From NCBI GenBank assembly GCA_029259175.1, contig JAPDJH010000004.1:32001-96000 (forward strand): a DNA stretch of 64,000 nt, given 5' to 3'. Shown in pieces: positions 56,691-64,000 of this stretch. The DNA is from Hadesarchaea archaeon. Lineage in GTDB: Archaea; Hadarchaeota; Hadarchaeia; Hadarchaeales; Hadarchaeaceae. The notes under the pieces are model-generated. The model worked only from the letters and a program-made list of their open reading frames with translations, was not told where the DNA came from and did no database searches. Both the position numbers and the translations under genes were made by a program. How positions within the stretch are numbered: position 1 is the first letter of the stretch; each line of letters starts with the position of its first letter.

Positions 56691-57628
56691 GAAATCAGCT
56701 TCCTTAGTTTTTGCATAGTCACAAATTTGATCTTATACTTTTCCTTCAAATTTAGAATAAATCGTGACAGTAACTGGGCGTTGTTTTTTGCAGCATATGC
56801 TAGAGGTTTGCTTGGAAGCGGGATTCCAGCAAACTCCCATTCGTGAGTCAGCATAACTAGATGGGGTTTCACGCCACGAGAAATTTGATAGTTGACTATG
56901 AAATTCACGAATTCTATGCTCCACCCGACACCACGCTGGACTAATAATTTGGTGTTTAGGAAATCGAAGTGGAGATGAGGGAGTGGGAGAAAAGCAATTC
57001 TTGGTCTCGGGTTAGCTGACACCGGAATTTCTACTAACGAATCGTTTCCGACAAAAGAGGGACACGGTGGAACCCCATAGTAGGCTGGGGCAGAAGAATC
57101 TACTTTGAAACCAAACTCGTCGAGCAATGCGAGCGTTTCTAGATTGGCTACCAGATATGGCGCTCTAAAGGATCTTGCCCTAACCCCCAACTTTTTCTTG
57201 ATTATGCGAATAGATCTTTGAAGCAGTTCTTCCTTCCGTTCTGGGCTCAAAACATGAACATCGGGCAGCCACCATTGTGGGTCGCCCCAGCACTCATGTG
57301 CATAGCCGTGCAAACCGATTTCGTGATGTCTCTTAATTTTACAAAAACACTCGGGGAATTGCTCACATAACTTGGATAGAATGAAAAACGTAGCAGGGGC
57401 CCGTATAGTATTTAACATTTTCAGCAAGTTTGAAAGTCCTTTGTGTAGTGATTGAAAATCGGTTGAACGGTTCAACCCAAAATCAGATTCGACGTCCACG
57501 GTGAACGAAAAGAGTAGTTCCTCATTTGGTTCATCTGGAGAAATCTGGGTGCTGGGGACTGGCTTCATTTTGAATAACCACAAGAGATTCCTCCGATCTT
57601 TCATCAAATCGAGTATAATTCTCAACAT
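56687..57628 (-). CDS. polysaccharide deacetylase (NodB-like)
   Basis: TVDVE, ATFF, HEIGLHGYAH, SFRAP, VDSS, VEIPVS, THEWE. Confidence 0.88.
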   Translation of the reverse strand: MLRIILDLMKDRRNLLWLFKMKPVPSTQISPDEPNEELLFSFTVDVESDFGLNRSTDFQSLHKGLSNLLKMLNTIRAPATFFILSKLCEQFPECFCKIKRHHEIGLHGYAHECWGDPQWWLPDVHVLSPERKEELLQRSIRIIKKKLGVRARSFRAPYLVANLETLALLDEFGFKVDSSAPAYYGVPPCPSFVGNDSLVEIPVSANPRPRIAFLPLPHLHFDFLNTKLLVQRGVGWSIEFVNFIVNYQISRGVKPHLVMLTHEWEFAGIPLPSKPLAYAAKNNAQLLSRFILNLKEKYKIKFVTMQKLRKLIS

Positions 57629-57640
57629 GAGGTCTCCTTC

Positions 57641-58822
57641 TCATTTTTGCGATTCTATAACCTTTTTATATAATTGGAGTGTTTTTTCAGCTACCACATC
57701 CCAATCAAATTTTTCTACAAATTTTCTACCCCATTTTCCCATTCTCTCTCTTTTTTGTCTGTCCTGCAAAAGTTGAATTATTTTTTCCGCTATAAAATCT
57801 GGTCTCCCCGGATTTACAAGATATCCGTTTTTTCCATCCTTGATCAAGTTCAGGACTCCCGACCCCTTCACTCTAATTCCGATAACTGGAAGATATGCAG
57901 CCATGGCTTCTTTTAGAACTATGCCTTCGCCCTCAAAAGTGCTTGGAAGCACAAAAACCTCCGACTCTTTATAATGCTTTACTACTCCCTCATAAGTTGG
58001 TGTAAGCCCCCCAAATACTACTTTACCGTTCAGTCCCAAGTCTCTGACAAGAGCTTCAAGCTTGGGTCTTTCCGGTCCGTCTCCAATTATTTTCAGCCGG
58101 GCATCCGGAAACCTCTCCAGAACTTCTTTGAACGCCATTATCAACCAATCAACATGTTTATAGTTCACTAAACGCCCCACATACAAAATCTGGCGCCGGC
58201 ATTTTTTTACACGAACAGAATCGAATAACTTTAAATCAACACCATTAGGGATAACTGTTATATTTTTCTCACGCACACCTAGTCGAATTAATTTTTCTTT
58301 GCACTGTTGTGAAACAGCTATGATCTCTCCATTAAAAATCCGCACTGAGAGAAGGTTTACCAAGTATCCAACACCGCCCCACAGTAGCGAATGCTGTGAT
58401 TCCACCATTCCTTTGAAAGAAAAAACATCGTGGAAAGTTCGAATTATCGAAACTTTCCTCCCCAATTTTCCGATCTTGCCTGCAAATACTGGAAAATAAG
58501 CATTGCAATGAACTATATCTACCCCAAACTTGCGGATGTAAAAACCTGTTTTTAAAATATAAGACAACACGGGGGCAATGGTTTTTTGAGCTTCACCACC
58601 CCGTTGTGGATCTCTTGTCAAACCAACCCTGTAAACATGAACTCCATCCTGATACTCATAAAAAGGCTGTTCTGGAAATCGGCACGTCAAAACATATACT
58701 TGGTGACCCCGTTTGGCCACCCGCCTAGATATTTCATAAAACTGCTTTTCGCCGCCGCCCCATACTCCCAACCCACGCTTTGGATCAGGATAAATTTCCG
58801 TCACATAGAGAATTCTCATCAT
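57641..58822 (-). CDS. glycosyltransferase family 4
   Basis: GGGE, PNGVD, VGRL..YK, EGEGIVLKEAMA. Confidence 0.93.
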   Translation of the reverse strand: MMRILYVTEIYPDPKRGLGVWGGGEKQFYEISRRVAKRGHQVYVLTCRFPEQPFYEYQDGVHVYRVGLTRDPQRGGEAQKTIAPVLSYILKTGFYIRKFGVDIVHCNAYFPVFAGKIGKLGRKVSIIRTFHDVFSFKGMVESQHSLLWGGVGYLVNLLSVRIFNGEIIAVSQQCKEKLIRLGVREKNITVIPNGVDLKLFDSVRVKKCRRQILYVGRLVNYKHVDWLIMAFKEVLERFPDARLKIIGDGPERPKLEALVRDLGLNGKVVFGGLTPTYEGVVKHYKESEVFVLPSTFEGEGIVLKEAMAAYLPVIGIRVKGSGVLNLIKDGKNGYLVNPGRPDFIAEKIIQLLQDRQKRERMGKWGRKFVEKFDWDVVAEKTLQLYKKVIESQK

Positions 58823-58851
58823 TTGGAGGTTTCTCTTTTTATGTAAAATAA

Positions 58852-59523
58852 TTATTGTTTAGCCAATATGCCGCTCACACGCAATTTTATCAGTTTGAAG
58901 AAGATGTTTATTCCACTGGCAATAGTGGTGCCTCTAGCTTTGGAATAAGGAGTAAAAAAACAACGAACAGGGACTCCAACCACTTTCATGTTTTTTAGTT
59001 TTGCTTGAATCAGAATTTCGGATGATACCTCGTATCGAGAGCTTCTAATTTTTATATTTTGAAGGGCTTTTTTGCTGAAAACCCTCAATCCAGACTGCGA
59101 ATCCATCAGATATCCTCCCAGCATTCTAGTTATGAAATTCAAGAGAAAATTTCCGACCCGCTTATGAAAAGGAGGATTGACAAACACACGTTGACCGATA
59201 ACCAAATCAGCGTTTTTCAAATTTTTAACAAGCTGACGCACGGCTTTTGGATCGTGCTGACCATCCGCATCAAAAGTCACGACACAGTCCGCTCCTAACT
59301 CGCGTGCTTTTGAAAGACCCGTCCGTAACGCGGCACCCAATCCCATGTTGCGCGGGTGTCTGACCACAATTGCGCCCATGCGTTTAGCAATCGATCCAGT
59401 ACGGTCTTTAGAGCCGTCGTCAACAACGATGATATTGTGCCAGCCCTCGGCCTTCAGCTCTTTTAACACCTTGCCTATCATTCGCTCCTCGTTGTATGCC
59501 GGAATGACGATCCAAACTTTCAC
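58852..59523 (-). CDS. GT2, dolichol-phosphate glycosyltransferase (DPM1-like), soluble short form
   Basis: IPAYNEE, VDDGS.D, N.G.G.A..TG, DADGQH, DSQSG.R. Confidence 0.9.
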   Translation of the reverse strand: MKVWIVIPAYNEERMIGKVLKELKAEGWHNIIVVDDGSKDRTGSIAKRMGAIVVRHPRNMGLGAALRTGLSKARELGADCVVTFDADGQHDPKAVRQLVKNLKNADLVIGQRVFVNPPFHKRVGNFLLNFITRMLGGYLMDSQSGLRVFSKKALQNIKIRSSRYEVSSEILIQAKLKNMKVVGVPVRCFFTPYSKARGTTIASGINIFFKLIKLRVSGILAKQ

Positions 59524-60443
59524 GTGAGAGCCCCCAGCAGTTTTTTGACTCCTTCTTCGACCTTTACTTTTGGTTTAAAGTTCAGGACAGATCGGGCCTT
59601 TTGAATGTCAGCACAACTATACAGGATATCTCCCGGACGCGGTGGAAGGTAAACCGGTGCTAGATTTTTCCCGGCTACTTTAAGGAATATCTCACATAGC
59701 TTGTTGATTGAGGTCTGAATCCCCGTGCCAACGTTTATTATCTCTCCAGCTGGGCCCCGATCCACAGCCAACAGGGTTGCGTCGACTACATCATCTACAA
59801 AAATAAAGTCTCTCGTTTGCTTTCCATCTCCGTAAATGACCGGTGGCTCTCCCCGCAGTATTTTTTCACGGAATTTTATCATGACACCCGCATATTCTCC
59901 TGGAGGCTGTCGAGGGCCGTAAACGTTGAAGTAACGGAGAATAACAACGGGACAACCTTGCGTCTTCCATGACTGGACACATTTCATTTCAGCCTTCAAT
60001 TTAGACTCAGCGTACGGTGTAAGCGGATTGGGGGGAGCATCCTCCGGAGTAGGAATGGTCTCGGCATTCCCATAAACCGCACAGGAGGAAGCAAACACCA
60101 CCCGATCCACTTCTTGCTTGACAGCTTCCTCGATCAAATTCGAAGTCCCTTCCACATTTACATCGTAAGTGATCTCCGGATGTTCCACCGAAAACGGAAC
60201 ACTAACGATGGCCGCCTCGTGTATTGCTGCATCTACGTCTACAAGAGCTTCACGGATGTCCTCGGGTCTCCTCACGTCGCCTTTTATTAGCTCGAACCTT
60301 GGATTTCCCTCGTGTTGTTTCAAATTTTCCATTCGACCTGAACTGAAATTGTCGAGCACTACCACCTCATCACCGCGGCTCAGAAGCGCATCCACCAGAT
60401 GAGAGCCTATGAAACCGGCGCCGCCAGTCACCAATACGCGCAT
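59520..60443 (-). CDS. NAD-dependent epimerase (UDP-glucose 4-epimerase-like)
   Basis: VTGGAGFIGSH, SSCAVYG, YAESK, RYFNVYGP; start moved to ATG 60443. Confidence 0.92.
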   Translation of the reverse strand: MRVLVTGGAGFIGSHLVDALLSRGDEVVVLDNFSSGRMENLKQHEGNPRFELIKGDVRRPEDIREALVDVDAAIHEAAIVSVPFSVEHPEITYDVNVEGTSNLIEEAVKQEVDRVVFASSCAVYGNAETIPTPEDAPPNPLTPYAESKLKAEMKCVQSWKTQGCPVVILRYFNVYGPRQPPGEYAGVMIKFREKILRGEPPVIYGDGKQTRDFIFVDDVVDATLLAVDRGPAGEIINVGTGIQTSINKLCEIFLKVAGKNLAPVYLPPRPGDILYSCADIQKARSVLNFKPKVKVEEGVKKLLGALT

Positions 60444-60504
60444 GGACTCAACACCCTCTACGTTTAGGGTTATAAAAATCCCCGAACATATTGTTTTTGA
60501 TTCT

Positions 60505-60915
60505 ATGCGCACGTGGTACCGCGAGCTGACTTTCTCCACCAAGCAACGCCAAGAGATAGTGGATGTCACTTCGCTGGTGCTCAAGGCGGTGCGAGATTCG
60601 AAGATAAAAAATGGCATTCTGGTCGTGCAGCTGCCACACGCCACAGCTTCCCTTGTGCTAAACGAGAACGAGAGCGGTTTGAAGCAAGACCTGCTGGAAA
60701 AGCTGGATGACCTGATTCCGGTGCGAGGCGGATACCAGCACGACCGGATAGACGACAATGCCCATTCCCACCTAAAGGCGGCGCTCATCGGTTCTAGCCG
60801 GGTTCTCCCGGTGGTCGACGGTGAGGTGATCCGCGGCACGTGGCAGAACTTTTTGGTCATCGAGCAGGACGGTCCACGAACTCGGAGACTTGCCATCTTC
60901 ATCATGGGTGAGTGA
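60505..60915 (+). CDS. yjbQ: YjbQ (UPF0047) family protein
   Basis: HATAS..LNENE, HD....NAHSHLK, GTWQ...E.DG; start ATG 60505. Confidence 0.92.
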   Translation: MRTWYRELTFSTKQRQEIVDVTSLVLKAVRDSKIKNGILVVQLPHATASLVLNENESGLKQDLLEKLDDLIPVRGGYQHDRIDDNAHSHLKAALIGSSRVLPVVDGEVIRGTWQNFLVIEQDGPRTRRLAIFIMGE

Positions 60916-61467
60916 ATGGGTGCTCTCTACTTGGACATCGAAACCACTTCGCGGAAAGCCGACGAGGGATTCATCATAACCATCGGCGTGCTTCGCGATC
61001 AGGAGCCGGAGCTCGTGTTTGCCGGAACTCCCGAAGAAGAAAAGCAAGCGCTGCTGTGGCTCAAAGAGCGCCTCCAAGGTTGCAATCTCATCGTCACGTG
61101 GTACGGCTCGGGCTTCGACATTCCGTTCATCTTGACACGGGCACTACACCACGAAATCGAGCTACGGGAGCTACTAGAAATCCCTATGCTGGATCTGTGT
61201 GAGTGGAGCAAGGCAAACCTGTTGCTTTCGAGCAACTCGCTCCAATCGGTCGCTCGCTTTTTGGGCGTGTGGGAGGCCGGAAACTTCGCCGGTCCCGATG
61301 TGGGCACGCTTTACAAGCTCTACGTGCACGGAAACCCCGAGGGCAGAACGCTCATCATGCAGCACTGCCGTGAAGACCTCATTCTGCTCAAGCGAGTTCA
61401 TGAAAAGCTCAAACCTGTGGTGGAGCACTCCGGGGGATTTGCACGGAATCACTCATCCAAAGAATAA
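60916..61467 (+). CDS. RNase H-like DEDD 3'-5' exonuclease (YprB/PolB-exonuclease-like)
   Basis: LDIETT, TW.G..FDIPF, H..ED. Confidence 0.85.
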   Translation: MGALYLDIETTSRKADEGFIITIGVLRDQEPELVFAGTPEEEKQALLWLKERLQGCNLIVTWYGSGFDIPFILTRALHHEIELRELLEIPMLDLCEWSKANLLLSSNSLQSVARFLGVWEAGNFAGPDVGTLYKLYVHGNPEGRTLIMQHCREDLILLKRVHEKLKPVVEHSGGFARNHSSKE

Positions 61468-62003
61468 ATCAGTGCAAGCTGTGCAGGCTTCACCGCGGGC
61501 GAACCCATGCGGTTCCGGGAGAGGGCTCTCTGAACGCCAGCGTGCTCTTCGTTGGTGAGGCGCCGGGTTTTAACGAGGACAAACAGGGGCGGCCGTTCGT
61601 GGGCGCGGCCGGAAAGTTTCTGAACGAACTCTTAGAAATTGCCGGGCTGAAGCGCGAGCAGGTGTACATCACCAACGTGGTTAAGTGTCGGCCACCAGGC
61701 AACCGCGACCCCATGGACGACGAGATCGAGATCTGCACGACCAACTATTTGCAACACCAGTTCAGAATGATCAAGCCTCGCCTCACTGTGGCGCTGGGAA
61801 GGATTTCTGGCCGTGTCTTGCTTGGACGTCCTGTTCTGATGGCCCGAGACCACGGGGAAGTTTACCCGTGCACATATGCCGGTGTGAACCACCGCCTGTT
61901 TCTTACCTACCATCCGGCCGCCGGACTCTACGGAGCGGAAACCAAGCGAAAGCTGATCAGAGATTTCCAGAAACTCAGGGCCCTCGTCAAGGACCTCGCG
62001 TGA
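61443..62003 (+). CDS. udg: family 4 (Fe-S) uracil-DNA glycosylase; apparent ACG start
   Basis: CKLC.L...R...VPGEG lies in frame upstream of the track start; GEAPG, GRPFVG.AG, TNVVKCRPP.NR.P, YHPAA. Confidence 0.88.
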   Translation, partial: TESLIQRINQCKLCRLHRGRTHAVPGEGSLNASVLFVGEAPGFNEDKQGRPFVGAAGKFLNELLEIAGLKREQVYITNVVKCRPPGNRDPMDDEIEICTTNYLQHQFRMIKPRLTVALGRISGRVLLGRPVLMARDHGEVYPCTYAGVNHRLFLTYHPAAGLYGAETKRKLIRDFQKLRALVKDLA

Positions 62004-62652
62004 TTTTACGCAAGTCGAGGACTTCAATCCCATGAAGTCTCGCAAAATCCGCTGGCAAGTCCCACACCTGCCTCGCCCGTTCGATGACTATCCGATCACT
62101 TGAGGCCACCACGTCCTGACCCCTCAGATGCGAGTCCGCGCGCTTGACTGCACGGGCTTCTCCCGACAAGCCTTCTTCGGCAAGCATCTTTCGAACAGTG
62201 GCGGCGAGCTCTCCGCTTTTGCTCACCTGGCGGTCGAAAAATACAGCTACCCGTCTCGGTTCGGCACGCTTCAGCATTTGCACAAGGTGCCGAAGCAAGG
62301 GCAGTTTCTCCGCCGAAAACCTGAACTTGCCGAAAACCCCTCGCAGATCCCGGAGCACCCCATCGTCGCATCGAATCACCAAATGGTCTTCTATTAGACT
62401 TTCGAGTGTTATGAGGACATTGTATCCGTCTACCCCCAAGGTCTTGCCTCTGATTTCTCTCCATCTCACAAGCTTGGCGCGGTGGGCTTTGCTCTCGCTC
62501 CGCGAAAACACACACCTCGTGAGCAAGTAGCGCTCGGTCTGGGACAGCCGAAAGTGGTTGGCCACAAAACTCACGGCTGAACTCCTCGGATACCCTCGAT
62601 CCAACAAATAGCGAAGATCACGAATGGCTTGTTGGAGTTTATTCTCTCGCAT
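61987..62652 (-). CDS. DUF434 family protein (PIN-like)
   Basis: DLRYLL.RGY, DGYNVLIT, DG..RD, SGELA, SSD. Confidence 0.85.
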   Translation of the reverse strand: MRENKLQQAIRDLRYLLDRGYPRSSAVSFVANHFRLSQTERYLLTRCVFSRSESKAHRAKLVRWREIRGKTLGVDGYNVLITLESLIEDHLVIRCDDGVLRDLRGVFGKFRFSAEKLPLLRHLVQMLKRAEPRRVAVFFDRQVSKSGELAATVRKMLAEEGLSGEARAVKRADSHLRGQDVVASSDRIVIERARQVWDLPADFARLHGIEVLDLRKITRGP

Positions 62653-62657
62653 CGGAT

Positions 62658-64000
62658 CTACTCCAAGTAAAGGGACGGCTTCATGGGCAAGCTCAGGCGG
62701 CCTCTGTTTTTCGGATCGTAGCGTTCTTGGTCTTCGGCCCGGAAAACCCGAAACTCAAGGCCCGTTCGAGCGCTCACATATCTTTCCAGCTCAGTGAGAA
62801 CCGCGTGCTCGTCCAGCTTTTGCTGTTTGAGGATTTCCAGTGCGCTCGGAGAGGAGCGCCGCAGCAACTCCAATATTCGCTGCAGGATTCGAGCCAAATC
62901 GCCTTTCTGACACGGAGGGCTCACCTTGGCCTCGATTTCTTTCAGCAGCTCTCCAAAGTCAATCCGTCCCGACTTGAAGTGAGATATGGCGATCTGATAT
63001 GCCCGCCATTTCCACTCCTCAGCGACGTATGCGATGGCCCGGCTCGGCTTGGTCTTGAGGACTTTCTTTATGTCCAGAATGTCGCTGACAACCGATTCGG
63101 CGTAATCCCAGGCGAGTTCGACCATCGGATCCCGGAGGGCGGCATCGGCTTCCGGCCATTTCGCAGTCGAGATGAAGTCCTTTCTTCCGAACTCGCTCCA
63201 CAACTCTTCGCACGTGTGCGGGATGAAGGGACTGAGCATTCTCAACCACGTGTCTAAAACCTTCTTGAGCACGTCGCCGCTGGGATTTTGCCCCACACAG
63301 GACAGATAGCTGCGCACGTCTTGCATCATCATGAAAAAGGCGTGCTGAATCGCTTTCCGTGTCTCAAAGTTTTCCAGTGCCTGCGTGACTTCTTCCACAT
63401 GGCGCTGAGTTCTGCTCAGCAGCCACCGCTCGGGGAGCCCGAGAGAGCGCCCCGTTTTGTTCACCTTTATGAGGTCTGTGGCTAGCTGGTAGAACCGCTC
63501 CAGATTGCGCTGCATGGCCTCGACCTCCCGGGTCTTCCAGTCCATGTCCTGCCAGGGCTCAGAGACGGAGAGCAGGTACATCCGGACGGTGTCCGCACCG
63601 TATCGCCTGACGGCCTCGTTTATGGCTATGATGTTGCCCTTGGACGAGGACATCTTTTGACCCTCGAGGATGGCCATCCCGAAGCTCACTATTCCGCGGG
63701 GGCACCGGTCGGGAAAGAGCTGGGCGTGGTGGAAGATGTGGAAGGTGAGGTGGTTGGGAATCAGCTCGTTGGCCGACATCCGATAGTCGAGGGGGTACCA
63801 ATACTCAAATTCCGCACGCATTTTTCGGAGCAGGTCAGCGGAAATACCAGTCCGTCGGGCTAGATTTTCTGGATCGCCCCTGCTGTGAAATACAAAGTCG
63901 AAGACTTCGTCCGAGAGCTGCTCTGGATCCACCTGCTTGAGCAGGTGTGCCACGGTGTAGTAGGCCATGTAAATGGTGGAGTCGCTGAGAGACTCTATTA
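62658..64000 (-). CDS. leuS: leucine--tRNA ligase, archaeal type, 5' part outside the window
   Basis: IESLSDSTIYMAYY at the edge, YWYP.D, LIPNHL, KMSSSKGN, anticodon domain ending KPSLYLE. Confidence 0.95.
   Translation of the reverse strand, partial: IESLSDSTIYMAYYTVAHLLKQVDPEQLSDEVFDFVFHSRGDPENLARRTGISADLLRKMRAEFEYWYPLDYRMSANELIPNHLTFHIFHHAQLFPDRCPRGIVSFGMAILEGQKMSSSKGNIIAINEAVRRYGADTVRMYLLSVSEPWQDMDWKTREVEAMQRNLERFYQLATDLIKVNKTGRSLGLPERWLLSRTQRHVEEVTQALENFETRKAIQHAFFMMMQDVRSYLSCVGQNPSGDVLKKVLDTWLRMLSPFIPHTCEELWSEFGRKDFISTAKWPEADAALRDPMVELAWDYAESVVSDILDIKKVLKTKPSRAIAYVAEEWKWRAYQIAISHFKSGRIDFGELLKEIEAKVSPPCQKGDLARILQRILELLRRSSPSALEILKQQKLDEHAVLTELERYVSARTGLEFRVFRAEDQERYDPKNRGRLSLPMKPSLYLE

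Larger units (their letters stand above)
18567..60443. other. surface-glycan (N-glycan/S-layer) biosynthesis locus, compositionally distinct, next to tRNA-Arg and aglB
   Basis: About 38 contiguous sugar/sulfate-related genes; spot counts 21/60 GC at 37741-37800 versus 36/60 at 3601-3660. Confidence 0.8.

Noticed and set aside
59520-60905. Long N-terminal extensions in the ORF track (also 18567-19673, 13022-13831, 11393-12604, 7833-9053, 39625-41793)
   Set aside because: The extensions overlap neighbouring genes, and family motifs begin at the downstream starts used here
61429-61441. Programmed -1 frameshift fusing the exonuclease to UDG at CGGGGGATTT
   Set aside because: Not a canonical X XXY YYZ heptamer in the exonuclease frame; the ACG start explains the data more simply
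1-64000. CRISPR arrays, rRNA, IS elements, tandem repeats, selenocysteine/pyrrolysine read-through
   Set aside because: Intergenic gaps are all short, no regularly spaced repeats were seen, and no gene appears split by an in-frame stop

Overview
Archaeal chromosomal segment, identified by pantoate kinase, archaeal-type CoaD/ProRS/LeuRS, an AglB-type oligosaccharyltransferase and TATA-like promoters; the lineage cannot be fixed from sequence alone. Region 1-18.4 kb is GC-richer housekeeping DNA: CoA synthesis, proA/proB, NAD salvage, proS, an inositol-lipid cluster, endonuclease IV, hisS, aglB and tRNA-Arg(TCT). Region 18.5-60.4 kb is a mostly AT-richer surface-glycan locus of about 42 kb. It holds a sulfate-activation module (cysD, cysN, AlkP-fold enzyme, TauE, two RHH proteins), a flippase, glycosyltransferases, rml-type genes, a pseudaminic-acid-like nonulosonic acid pathway and many tailoring enzymes. 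Region 60.5-64 kb holds yjbQ, an exonuclease, udg, DUF434 and a partial leuS. The most notable observations are: (1) an AglB whose WWDYG motif reads QWSFG, directly preceded by a small two-TM protein resembling eukaryotic DPM2; (2) an RL(R/A)xLGY peptide shared by four proteins of three unrelated folds in the sulfate module, while all three AlkP-fold enzymes lack it; (3) a glutaminase-dead AsnB-like ligase paired with an atypical enolase-superfamily enzyme; (4) an aldolase-Rossmann fusion with an ATP-grasp ligase beside the nonulosonate genes; (5) a udg that appears to start at ACG. No CRISPR array, integrase or transposase was seen. All family calls are by-eye motif recognition with no database search, and several start codons were re-assigned relative to the ORF track.
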